Shown here piece by piece: positions 37,710 through 50,577 of a DNA stretch of 64,000 nucleotides. The DNA is from Antedon mediterranea (Eukaryota > Animalia > Echinodermata), in assembly GCF_964355755.1 (NCBI RefSeq), contig NC_092672.1:24751237-24815236 (forward strand), written 5' to 3'. Below the pieces are notes generated by a model, which was not told where the DNA came from, did no database searches, and saw only the letters and a list, made by a program, of their open reading frames with translations. Position 1 is the stretch's first letter. Every line of letters begins with the position of its first letter. The translations under genes were made by a program, and so were the position numbers.

Positions 37710-39637
37710 CAGAGGTCCCAACTAGGGAAAGTCCATTCGCAGGAGATTTTGTCGTGAACCACATTCAATTCATCGGGGCGCGGGGAATCGAAAATCAACA
37801 CGCGTGTCGTTTACGTCTCTTAATTAACTAAATATGTTACATATACAGGATACAATATTTACACATAAGTTGGCTTAATTTTTACATAGGTTTATACATC
37901 AGTATTTTTACATTCTAATATTTTTTTTATGGACACATCCTCAGTACAAAAAATGTAAAAAATATATACTGTATTTTAACTAAAATTCAGTATATAAAAT
38001 AATTTAACTTAATTACATAATGTACAATAAACACATGATAGTATTGCCCAATAGAATTTACTCATTTTTTTTAGGCACAGGCACAGGCCTAGGCTTAGCC
38101 TAGGGCTTCTACTTCTAGGCCCTAGCTAGCTACCATTTTAAAACCCCAAAACAATCGAAATAACTATTCCGAATCCGTCTTATGCTACATAACGCGAGTT
38201 AACATATTAGAGAGGTTTCGCAATCTTAGGAATACGATAACGAAAACGGATACGTCACGCACACGTATTCGTTTTCGTAAGCCATAACAAAATCTGTTTC
38301 GCATGGCAACGAAATATTGAGGCGCGTCCAAAATATGACTGCGGTAAATTTGAGCGAAGCGCAAGTACGTGTTGCTTGGTGCTTGACTGCCTCCCTAGCG
38401 TAACATCAAAGCGAGTGAGGACTTTAAAAACTGCTATTTATCTAAATTGACCTGGCATTTTAGTAAATTACTTTAGTAAATTACTTTCAATAAATCTATA
38501 ATTATATTATAATCATGAATCATTCCTAATTCAAATGCAAAATGTGCAAAATAGATCAAAAACTATACTCGTTTTGTAGTTACGAATATGACTGGTGATA
38601 TTCGTCAACACGAATACGCTTTACGAATATGAAATGGGGATCAGCTCAAAAGTTTCACAAATGTATGACGTATCCGTTTTCGTATTCGTAAGGTTGCGAA
38701 ACCTCCCTATTATTTCAGATGAAAAACATTGAGTTTTATATTGTTTTATCCATACGTAATTACACTGGCATTAAAGATATAACATGTAGGCCGTTTATGA
38801 GCTATTTCGCCGATTTCTTATCGCTGGGAAATTCCCCACCAGCGACATTGATTGATCGAGGAGTAGGCCTAGGCTAGAGGCCTAGCGTGCATGCCGGAAC
38901 GGGTGGATTATTGCTATATAAATAACAAGTTTGAACAAAAGAGCTTACGAAAGTCTTAGGTAAAACTTTATTAATCGTATAAGGCCTACTTGCTTGGCGA
39001 ATCCATGCCTTTTAAATCATTTAACATGTTCGTATTATCGGATCGTACAGTAAAACCAAATAAAACACCGCCTCAACAACCTCGTGCGATGTGCGATCTG
39101 TTGTTCTTTGCAGCGGATCAACATTGGTAGAGTTCATTAATTATGAGGGTGTTTAAAAATGTAATAACTATTAAAAACGTGTCTCAACCACTGTGTAATC
39201 AAAGCTTTTATTTAGTTAAAACTTGGATCCTCCCAAAATTGATAATCGCGTATTCCGGTTACCACGTGATTGATTCACAGTTGGTTGCACGCTTCTTTTT
39301 TTTCTACGTCCGGCGTGTAGTACCGTGCATGTTTATATTATTGTTACGGTTTAACAAAGGCAGTGCATACAAATAAAAATACAATAATAGACCACGGAGA
39401 CTGCATGAATAGACATTGTTTCAACATCCTGCCTCACTTTTGTCTGGTTATTGACTATTGTTGACCTGGGCTGAGCCTGGGTGTAACCGTAAATCAATTT
39501 GGCCAAAAATATGGGGAAATTTGAAAATGCGGTAAAAAAATTAAAATGCGGTAGAAAACGTCGAGATAGCGGTAGCGCGGTAGATGGGTACTAAAAGCGG
39601 TAGACTACCGCGAGTAGCGGTAGACTTGGGACCCCTG
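37710..39637. mobile_element. Non-autonomous TIR element (hAT/P-like CAG..CTG termini) with 7-bp TSD
   Basis: CAGAGGTCCCAACT ... ACTTGGGACCCCTG, with TATTATA duplicated at 37703-37709 and 39638-39644. GCGGTAG motifs are clustered near the right end. Confidence 0.75.
38209..38708. mobile_element. 500-bp MITE (PIF/Harbinger-ISL2EU group), nested
   Basis: AGAGAGGTTTCGCAATCTTA..GAAAACGGATACGTCA pairs with TGACGTATCCGTTTTC..AAGGTTGCGAAACCTCCCT. The 3-bp TSD is ATT (38206-38208 and 38709-38711). Confidence 0.85.
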
Positions 39638-39899
39638 TATTATAGGGGGTGCAATCTGTCACGGGTTACCTAATATTCTAGACAGCCCGTAATATATTGC
39701 ACCCCCTATAGTATATAGTTATTAACTGTTATATTATAGGGGGTGCAATCTGTCACGGGGTACCTAATATTCTAGACAGCCCATAATATATTGCACCCCC
39801 TATAATATATAGTTATTATTAACTGTTATAATATAGGGGGTGCAATCTGTCACGGGGTACCTAATATTCTAGACAGCCCATAATATATTGCACCCCTAT

Positions 39900-42089
39900 C
39901 AGGGCCGTAGCCAGGATCTGTCAAGGGGGGGTTCGGACACTAAATATTTGGGTCAAACCCCCCCCCCCCCCCTCCCCCAGCCTGATGCGAAGCGAATTTT
40001 GTTAAATGACACCCCTAGATGGCCGGAAAAGACACTCTCGTGCAGCATGCTATATAACCAATGAGCAAAAAGATCGTACTTTTTTCCTCCTCCTCAAACA
40101 CGTCGATAATTTAAATGACGATAACTATTTGTTGCCGTATGTTAGATGCGCGTGCTCTGTGCGGAACCGCCGATTGTTTGATCATTTACTTCGTATTTTG
40201 TTTTGCGTTCAAGTTCAATGCGAACGTATATCTAGGAGCAGCCCCGAAAAAAGCAAACTGGGTGAAGGCAAATGCTATTTGCTAGCTCTATCTATAATAT
40301 TTATTTACAGCAATTTGTTGAGGAATATAAATATGTAAATAGGTGATATTGATACATTTTAGTACGTATCGGCGTGGTCTAGAAAAAAATAATCGGATGC
40401 CATAATGTGAACTACAGTACTTGATACCATAGATATTATAGTGTAAAATATTAATATTCACTATAATCCTCTATGATACATTATACTTCATAGTCACACA
40501 TAAATACTGATGTACGTCGGAAGGCTATATACTTTATGCATGCTGCCTGACTGCCAGTGATCTAAACAATAGGTACGTAGTTTTCTGGCGGTGTCCTTTG
40601 TACGAATCCAGTGGCGGATCTAGGATGTGACGAGGGGGGGTGGCCACGAAAGTGGGAAACGAGGTGCGTAGCACCAAGCGGGGGAGGGTTTGGGAGGGGG
40701 TATCCCCCTCGTGAGGCTCCAAAAAATTTTGAAAAAATAGATGCTTACACACTGTTTAATAGGCTAGAGAAACTGTTTCTATCACACTTAATAACAAATA
40801 TTACATAATGTAAATTTAAATACATCCTTCCTAAATACTGTACGGATCTTTTTCGACGAACTAATAATAAACTTTGATCGAAAAACCTTCAAACAAAATG
40901 AACATTTGGTAATGCGGTACTCCGAAAATGCCTCGATAGAGTGCATGTGTTGTGTACCGTGTTTTGGTGGTGGTCTGTTAACCTCAGAGATATATACCCT
41001 ACAGCCGGGTGAATAACTCAATGTAATTTGGTATACAATGATTGCAGTAATCGCCGTGTCTATAACACAAATCAAAAAACGCCAAATACGCCACATACTT
41101 TTTTCGGCCGTCCCGTGTACATACAAGACATTTCATGTTTATTTTATGCCTATAAAATAATAAAAGAACACCATGTTTCTCGTTTATTTTTATCGTTTAT
41201 ACTGCATACCATAATATTAATATTATACAAAAAACTTTCATGCGCGAGAAAAAAGTTCCCGATATTACACTCCACTCAGGGGTGTAAATATACCACGCTA
41301 ACGCTTGTGCACACACGGACCAGGGCGGCGGAAATTAACTGCAATGGAAAATGGTGTATTTTGGAGAGTGATGACGTCAGCATTCACACGAGGAGCGAGC
41401 TTGACAACGTGGTAGTTTTAGGAGGAGTGCGTCCGTACCGTGTGTTTTGAAAATGGGTATTTTCCGAAGATTGTAAATCGTGTTTTCTTTTTAAACTCTT
41501 GAATTCATAATAGTAATTGAACTCTTAGCTCTTTCACTGTGTAGGCCTATTTACACATAACTATTAATGCTAACCCTAGCTCTAGTAGGGCCTAGCTAGG
41601 CCTACTCTTCTTAATAATTAAAAGATTAATCCACGTCTAGCGACGGTCAATCGCGATTAAGTTGCATCTTTTTTTTTTTTTTGAGAATTAAGGGGGGTGA
41701 CTAGCCACCCTATTCACCCCCCCTAGATCCGCCACTGGAATCGTTCGTGCGCCAGCTCGCTATGAGACGCGTCAATATCATGTTACATGCAGGGACCAAA
41801 CATTTATTTTTCAGGTTAAAATCGGCAATTCATTTGCAGCTTTTAGAAATTTACAGACACGTATCAATAGTTGACGCTCATACAGAGAAGAAGGTTCACG
41901 AACAAGTTTATGAATTTTTCAATTTACAAACAACTTTTTGTACTGTGGGGCACGTATTTGGAGGATTTTTGGAGATGAGGGTGAGGTATTGGGCATGTCG
42001 GGGATCGGGGTTCGCAGTTGGTTAAGGGGGGTTCGCTATAAAGGGGGGGTTCGCCCGAACCATAAAAACCCCCCCTGGCTACGGGCCTG
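39900..42089. mobile_element. Non-autonomous hAT-like element with 5-bp TSD (hAT5-type)
   Basis: TIRs CAGGGCCGTAGCCAG and CTGGCTACGGGCCTG, with CCTAT duplicated at 39895-39899 and 42090-42094. It has poly-G/poly-C subterminal runs. Confidence 0.85.
40609..41737. mobile_element. Non-autonomous hAT-like element with 5-bp TSD, nested in the previous one
   Basis: Perfect TIRs CAGTGGCGGATCTAGG and CCTAGATCCGCCACTG, with GAATC duplicated at 40604-40608 and 41738-41742. Confidence 0.9.
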
Positions 42090-45000
42090 CCTATAATATA
42101 TAGTTATTAACTGTTATAATATAGGGGGTGCAATCTGTCACGGGTTACCTAATATTCTAGACAGCCCATAATATATTGCACCCCCTATAATATATAGTTA
42201 TTATTAACTGTTATAATATAGGGGGTGCAATCTGTCACGGGGTACCTAATATTCTAGACAGCCCATAATATATTGCACCCCTATAATATATAGTTATTAA
42301 CTGTTATAATATAGGGGGTGCAATCTGTCACGGGGTACCTAATATTCTAGACAGCCCATAATATATTGCACCCCCTATAGTATATAGTTATTAACTGTTA
42401 TATTATATGGGGTGAAATCTGTCACGGGTAACCTAATATTCTAGACATTCTGTAATATATTGCACCCCTATAATAGATAGTTATTAACTGTTATAATACA
42501 GGGGGTGCAATCGGTCACGGGGGTACCTAATATTCTAGACAGTCCGTAATATATTGCACCCCCTATAATAGTTATTAACTGTTATAATATAGGGGGTGCA
42601 ATCTGTCACGGGGGTACCTAATATTCTAGACAGTTCGTAATATATTGCACCCCCTATAGTATATAGTTATTAACTGTTATAATATAGGGGGTGCAATCTG
42701 TCACGGGGTACCTAATATTCTAGACAGCCCGTAATATATTGCACCCCCTATAGTATATAGTTATTAACTGTTATAATACAGGGGGTGCAATCTGTCACGG
42801 GGGTACCTAATATTCTAGACAGTCCGTAATATATTGCACCCCCTATAGTATATAGTTATTAACTGTTATAATACAGGGGGTGCAATCTGTCACGGGGGTA
42901 CCTAATATTCTAGACAGTCCGTAATATATTGCACCCCCTATAATATATAGTTATTATCCTGTTATATTATAGGGGGTGCAATCTGTCACGGGGGTACCTA
43001 ATATTCTAGACAGCCCGTAATATATTGTACCCCCTATAGTATATAGTTATTAACTGTTAAATTACAGGGGGTGCAATCTGTCACGGGGTACCTAATATTC
43101 TAGACAGTCCGTAATATATTGCACCCCCTATAATATATAGTTATTATCCTGTTATATTATAGGGGGTGCAATCTGTCACGGGGGTATCTAATATTCTAGA
43201 CACTCCGTAATATATTGCACCCCCTATAATATATAGTTATTAACTGTTATAATATAGGGGGTGCAATCTGTCACGGGGTACCTAATATTCTAGACAGTCC
43301 GTAATATATTGCACCCCCTATAGTATATAGTTATTAACTGTTATAATACAGGGGGTGCAATCTGTCACGGGGGTACCTAATATTCTAGACAGTCCGTAAT
43401 ATATTGCACCCCCTATAGTATATAGTTATTAACTGTTATAATACAGGGGGTGCAATCTGTCACGGGGTACCTAATATTCTAGACAGTCCGTAATATATTG
43501 CACCTCCTATAATATATAGTTATTAACTGTTATAATATAGGGGGTGCAATCTGTCACGGGGGTACCTAATATTCTAGACAGTCCGTAATATATTGCACCC
43601 CCTATAGTATATAGTTATTAACTGTTATAATATAGGGGGTGCAATCTGTCACGGGGGTACCTAATATTCTAGACAGCCCGTAATATATTGTACCCCCTAT
43701 AGTATATAGTTATTAACTGTTATATTACAGGGGGTGCAATCTGTCACGGGGTACCTAATATTCTAGACAGCCCATAATATATTGCACCCCCTATAATATA
43801 TAGTTATTATTAACTGTTATAATATAGGGGGTGCAATCTGTCACGGGGTACCTAATATTCTAGACAGCCCATAATATATTGCACCCCTATAATAGATAGT
43901 TATTAACTGTTATAATACAGGGGGTGCAATCTGTCACGGGGGTGCAATCGGTCACGGGGGTACCTAATATTCTAGACAGTCCGTAACATATTGCATCCCC
44001 TATAATATATAGTTATTAACTGTTATAATATAGGGGGTGCAATCTGTCATGGGGGTACCTAATATTCTAGACAGTCCGTAATATATTTCACCCCCTATAG
44101 TATATAGTTATTAACTGTTATAATATAGGGGGTGCAATCTGTCACGGGGTACCTAATATTCTAGACAGTCCGTAATATATTGCACCCCCTATAGTATATA
44201 GTTATTAACTGTTATAATACAGGGGGTGCAATCTGTCACGGGGGTACCTAATATTCTAGACAGCCCGTAATATATTGTACCCCCTATAGTATATAGTTAT
44301 TAACTGTTATATTACAGGGGGTGCAATCTGTCACGGGGTACCTAATATTTTAGACAGTCCGTAATATATTGCACCCCCTATAATATATAGTTATTAACTG
44401 TTATAATATAGGGGGTGCAATCTGTCACGGGGGTACCTAATATTCTAGACAGTCCGTAATATATTGCACCCCCTATAGTATATAGTTATTAACTGTTATA
44501 ATATAGGGGGTACAATCTGTCACGGGGGTACCTAATATTCTAGACAGCCCGTAATATATTGCACCCCCTATAGTATATAGTTATTAACTGTTATATTACA
44601 GGGGGGGGGGGGGCAATCTGTCACGGGGTACCTAATATTCTAGACAGTCCGTAATATTGCACCCCCTATAATATATAGTTATTAACTGTTATAATATAGG
44701 GGGTGCAATCTGTCACGGGGGTACCTAATATTCTAGACAGTTCGTAATATATTGCACCCCCTATAGTATATAGTTATTAACTGTTATAATATAGGGGGTG
44801 CAATCTGTCACGGGGGTACCTAATATTCTAGACAGCCCGTAATATATTGTACCCCCTATAGTATATAGTTAATATTAACTGTTATATTACAGGGGGTGCA
44901 ATCTGTCACGGGGTACCTAATATTCTAGACAGTCCGTAATATATTGCACCCCCTATAATATATAGTTATTAACTGTTATAATATAGGGGGTGCAATCTGT

Positions 45001-46641
45001 CACGGGGGTACCTAATATTCTAGACATTCCGTAATATATTGCACCCCCTATAATATATAGCTATTAACTGTTATAATATAGGGGGTGCAATCTGTCACGG
45101 GGGTGCAATCTGTCACGGGGGTACCATCTGTCACGGGGGTACCTAATATTCTAGACAGCCCATAATATATTTCACCCCTTTAATAGATAGTTATTAACTG
45201 TTATATTAGGCCTATAGGGGGTGCGTCACGGGTGTACCTAATATTCTAGACAGTCCGTAAAATATTGTATCCTACTATAGTAGGCCTATTAACTGTTATA
45301 TTAGGGGTATAGGGGTGCAACCTGTCACGGGGTACATAATATTGTAGACACCGAGGTTATACCTAAGCCTACTAGAGTGATTACCGTACTGTTATATTGT
45401 ACCCTGTCACGAGGGTAGACATTTGTCACAATATTGGGAATATTAACTCGTCAATTGCCGTGTATTAGATTATGTCATTCACATGGTTACAGATTAGTTT
45501 TTACGGTGCGTTTTTTATATTGTCTATCGTAGGCCTAAAGAATTAGCCACAATTCATGATTTATAGTAGGCCTATAATATTTAATGTATTACAGGATGTG
45601 AGAAAACTGTTCAATTTTATATTCTTAAGTTGGTCTATTTCGTAGGGAGGCGTGGATCATTCCAACCTTCCCAGTCCTAGCAACTTTTAAAAGATTTACT
45701 AAAAATGTATCTCCACAATCGGTCGCTATTGGCCAGGCTAGCCAGCCTAGTTCACATCACAGCTATATAAGCAGCTACAGCAGGCTCGGCTGTTTCGATT
45801 CAGAGATATCGGACTTCCGCGTCAGAGGCCTAGGTTATTTTCTCGATAAACAATCATTGCATGGTACATTTATGGATAATGTAGGTACATGAACAGTAGT
45901 ATTTTTGTTATTATTACTGTACTAAAGACTAGGCTACATAAGTTGTGCGGGAGCGGTAGACATCTAAATATAAAATGTCACTTAACATTACGTACGAGCG
46001 AGAGGGGATACTAAAAATTATGGGCGGATACAGTATGCTAATTAGGTTGTGACGTCATTTGTAATTCAATAGGGGGTGCACTCTGTTACGGGGGTACCTA
46101 AAATTTTAGAACAACGGCACGCCTGGAAAACGCGACAAAGATCGTTTACCTAGATTTTGTGTCTCATAACAAGACATGAAACGCGATACTCTCTCTCCAA
46201 ATTAACAGTACCCATACGTATAGCACATGTTTTTTTCACTCAAAATTAATTATGGTCGGGGTTAGCTACAGAATACTAGGGCCATTCTCTTTACACAGTG
46301 ACATGTCGTAATAATTGGGCCTAGGCCTATGTTAAATCTTAACATGGAAATATAGATTTTGCATATATTTTTTTATGTTTACGTCGGTGTATAATTCGCT
46401 AAGCCAAGGTAGGATTAAATAACTTAGCGTAAGCCTAGGCCGCCAAAACTAGACTCCACTCTGATGTCAATTCGGCGCACCATGTCGTCTTGTCCGGCTA
46501 AATTAGGCTAACCACTAAAATGTGTCGTCTCCTACTAGATCTAGCTTAGGTAGGATTTTTAGGCGGCGCCGATTTTAATTAGTGAACAGTACATTGTTAA
46601 TTTGCATTGTCCATGCGTTTTCTAAAAAGGCGAAGACAATT

Positions 46642-47420
46642 TAGTCAGGTTGCTTAGCACTTTTTTTGTACACTTTGTGACAAAAGCTCCAAACTTGGCA
46701 GAAACCTTCTTTACGACCTAACAATTCTAGAAGGGGTGCCCAAAAATTCGAACAATTTAATAACGTCATTTTGACCATGCCCTTTTTTAATATATTATGT
46801 AGCTATGTAAAAATATTTAAAAAATATAAATTACATAAATATGTCAAGTTTGGTATCAAATCATAGCTTATGACATGTAAAATACCTCTAACATGAGGAA
46901 AATATAGTTTCACAATATGACGTCATAAAAGCCACACTCAATATACTGTATACATAACTTCGTGAAAAAAATAAAGAAATAAATAAATATGGCAAGTTTA
47001 GTATCAAATTATAGCTTATTAGATGTACAATACCACTTACATGAGGAAAATATAATTTCACAATATAATGACGTCATAAAAGCCACACCCATTATATACT
47101 ACATAACTTTGTGAAAAAATTAAAGAAATAAATAAATATGGCATGTTTGGTATTAAATTATAGCTTATGGCATGTACAATACCACTAACTATGAGAAAAA
47201 TATAATTTCACAATATAATGACGTTATCAAAGACACAGCCATTATAATTACAAACTTCGTGGGAAAATTTAAGAAATCAAATTAATATGGCATGTTTGGT
47301 ATTAAATTAAAGCTATGACATGTACAAAACCATCGAACTATACAAAATATAATTTGAACAATATAATGATGCCATTACTTAAGCCACACCCATTATATAA
47401 ATATATTACATAACTTTCAA
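46642..47420 (+). mobile_element. Solo Academ-like terminus with ~120-bp subterminal tandem repeats
   Basis: TAGTCAGGTTGCTTAGCA..GACAAAAGCTCCAAACTTGGCA resembles the 12219 TIR. It is followed by about 4-5 diverged repeats containing ATGACGTCATAAAAGCCACAC. Confidence 0.65.
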
Positions 47421-47448
47421 AATTTTGAACTACTGTAGATCATTATAA

Positions 47449-47572
47449 AGCTCTGTCTACACTATCCAACTTTATGTGAGAAATAAATGTGATGTGCACA
47501 TGGTGATGATGATATTTGGGCATAGAGCACACTTTTTTGTCAAACTTATGTAGTGATACTGTAGACATAGCT
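47449..47572. mobile_element. 124-bp PIF/Harbinger-type MITE
   Basis: TAA|AGCTCTGTCTACA ... TGTAGACATAGCT|TAA. Confidence 0.65.
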
Positions 47573-47954
47573 TAAGATTGACAGAAAGATAAACCGCAAC
47601 AGGTATAGAACATGAATTTTGAACTGCCCGGTGATATACTGAAATAAAATTAATTATAGATGATATAGTTAGTATACTGTAATTTGTTTAATATTTCAGA
47701 ATATAAGTATACCTTGATCATGAGCATGAGAATAAAAAAAAAACAATACATTTTACAATGCTTTGTAGAAATAATAATTTAAAATTGATTGTTGTTTTTA
47801 GGAAAATTATTTTCAACATTGAAAAAATATTAATTTATTAATATAAATTAAGGATATTTATAAGATTATTAATATTAGTCATTTTTTGTGTGTTACATAT
47901 TAAGGAATATGATGTACATGTTTTGTAACTTTGTTTATTTAATATTTTCAATAG

Positions 47955-48053
47955 AATGGCTGGACAGCATTAATGTGTGCTGCTATAGTAGGTAATACAA
48001 CCATCTGCCAACAGGTCTTAGAGGGTGGAGCTGATGTCAATATGCAGAATAAG
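47955..48053 (+). CDS. Ankyrin-repeat gene, 99-bp single-repeat exon
   Basis: TTTTCAATAG acceptor and AAG|GTAAGT donor, phase 0-0. The 33 codons NGWTALMCAAIVGNTTICQQVLEGGADVNMQNK match the ankyrin consensus G-T-A-L-x-x-A-A-x-x-G...GADVN. Confidence 0.92.
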
Positions 48054-48562
48054 GTAAGTCATACACACAGTTTATAACATTAATTTAACCTTCAGTGAAA
48101 CAAATCAATAAATTGAAACTATTGTTTTTAGAATTTAGATGACTACCAGTATTATAAGACTTTAGTAAAATCATAGACATTATATAATATCTCTATGGGA
48201 AGATTAATTTAGTTGACAATACACTACTGTAGTATCCATGTTATTATACTATTGTAGTTATATTATAATAATACCAATTCTCGTAACAAACATATTTTAA
48301 ATATATCTTGTACATTCTTAAAATGAATAGAATAACACAATACTGGTGTGTATATAGGTCAATAAAGAAATGATGAATATTATAAGTTATAAACACATGC
48401 GTAATAACTTATTTTCTTCCTTTTTACAAATTCTCATACTATTCTGATTAAATTTGCAATCAAATGTTTTTATTACTGTAAGAACATGCATACTTCAAGT
48501 TACTTGTTTACACACTGTTATACCATAACATTAATATGTGTATTCAATAATATGTTATAGTC

Positions 48563-50577
48563 TAGGTATCCCAATGAAAAAATTCAGATTAATTTTTTTA
48601 CATTTTCTTTCAGTTAACCATAAAGAACTTAATGTAATTAGCATTTTGCAATTTAAATGATTGAAATCCGATTACCCGTTCTAAAGTTATGGTTATTTAA
48701 AGTGGTAAAAAAATATACGATTTTTTGCCTAAAAATGGTGTTTTTTGCAGTTGAAATTGGAAGCATTTTTAAAAGGTTATAACTTTTACAATAATTAGTT
48801 AAAAGTTTTGAATTTTGTTAAACCTATAGATATCACAGAGTTGTACAACTCTATTTTTTTTGGAGCCTCAACGAAACCTATTTTTTAAATTATTGGTCCG
48901 CAAAGTGGTAGGAAAGCATTTAACGCCCATTTTTGCTGGAATTCCCTAAAAAATGAAAAAACTGCAATTTTTCAATGATCTGTAACTTTTGAACTACTGT
49001 AGTAATTCATTTAATTTTTTTTGTACTTGTTAGAATGTAGTGTATATTTCATTAATAAATATATTTTAGATGTGTATATGAAAAAAAAAAATTTTTTTAA
49101 TGGTGAAATTTAAAATTATAAAAAAAAAAAATGAAAAAGTATGTTAAAAACGGTGTATACTGTTTCCTTTCTTTTACACTAATTTTCGGTAAGTATAATT
49201 ATTAGAATATTTTAATATACTTTATATTTATAATTTCAATCAAAAATACTATTATATATAACTTTTGAATACGTAAAACAAGATTTTAGGCCCATATGAT
49301 TATGACACCAAATCTAAGCCGGGCTGCTAAGTAAGATATGCTCTTTTAAGGCAAACGCACAATATGGGTCAAAATAAACTCATTTAAAATAATCAATGTT
49401 AATTAAAACAATTAATTGTTTACCTGAATAGTATATATAACATTATAAAAATTGTTTTCTTTTCGTATTATTACGTTATTAAATTGAAATACGGAGCTAA
49501 AGTTTAGGCCAAGTCACGGCTTACTCGCGATCAGTAGTCGCTCCCGTTAAAGTATTTCGGTCGCAGTTAATGACTTTCGGCCGCCGTATACAGAGTCAAA
49601 TGTAACGTTGGTAAATTAGCTTAATAAATTTCCTCGGTACATTTTAACCTAACGCATTTGCATTGTATACTTGCATAATAAATCTTCCGCACATTACATC
49701 AATTTTAAGTTGTTAAATTAATGTGTAAAACCAGATATTCTACGACGGAAAAGGACATGTCAATCTCCGACATCGCTGCTGTCACACATCTCGCGTCGAG
49801 CCGGTCGAACTCGAGCGAGAAAACTAAACAACGTGTTCAAAATATGGAACGTACCATTCGCTGATAGGGTGCATTAATGTATTTAACGGAAAACGCCAAA
49901 ACAAACACGCGCGTATTTTAGAGTACAATATTTTACTCACTACAATATTCACCGGATTATAATGGTTGGATCTTTAAAATTTTGAACGGGATTTACGCCT
50001 CATGCACCATTTTAAAATGTAGTTCGCACAATTACCATGCACAATACGTTTGTAAACTATGTTTTATCTATTTCAATGTAGATTTAGCTATAATTTAATA
50101 CCAAAATCCATAATATTTTTCCATAAACGGTGGATCAAAATTGGATTTTTGTCACAAAAATTGACTTTTCGTTACGAAAAACCTATTTATAGAAGACGAT
50201 TTTCGTATCAAATTAAAGCTTATTTAAAGCCTGATAACATACAATAAAAATTAATCCGCTAGCTCCAATGGTAATCGAGCGATCGTGTTTTGAAAACTGA
50301 TGGGGATTTTCCGATGAGGTTTTCAACGCGCGGAAATCGGCTCGACGGGATTTTAGAACCGTTTTAAAATCGCATTTTCTCGGCAACTAATTCATTAATT
50401 TTAATTATAAACACACTTATACATAGATTAAAACAAGTACTTTCAAACAATATAAATTTTGTAAGTATTAATTAAGATTGAATACGATTTATTTAACATC
50501 AAAGTCATACTACTTTTTCGAATTTCGTCAATATTTCAAAAGTGATACCCCTCTGTGCGCTTTCATTGGGATACCTA
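48563..50577. mobile_element. ~2-kb non-autonomous TIR element, superfamily unclear
   Basis: Perfect 17-bp inverted ends TAGGTATCCCAATGAAA and TTTCATTGGGATACCTA. There is no coding capacity and the TSD is ambiguous (possibly the terminal TA). Confidence 0.7.

Larger units (their letters stand above)
37681..45350 (-). repeat. 94-95-bp satellite array, right arm, inverted (about 37 copies), interrupted at 37710-39637 and 39900-42089
   Basis: Reverse complement of the left-arm unit. The register resumes exactly across both insertions and decays after ~45150. Confidence 0.95.
30992..46116. mobile_element. ~15-kb foldback-like non-autonomous DNA element with ~57-bp TIRs and inverted internal satellite arrays
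   Basis: CGGTGTTCTAAAATTTTAGGTACCCCCGTAACTGAGTGTACCCCCTATTGAATTACAA (30992-31049) matches its reverse complement at ~46059-46116. Arrays of a related 94-bp unit lie in opposite orientations inside. No clean TSD was found. Confidence 0.8.

Noticed and set aside
40006-42025. Several 60-140-aa ORFs inside the nested hAT-like elements
   Set aside because: They show no hAT transposase motifs (BED finger, DDE, dimerisation domain) and are treated as spurious.
31735-45350. CRISPR-like appearance of regularly spaced palindromic repeats
   Set aside because: There are no unique spacers and no cas genes, and the context is eukaryotic. It is a tandem satellite.
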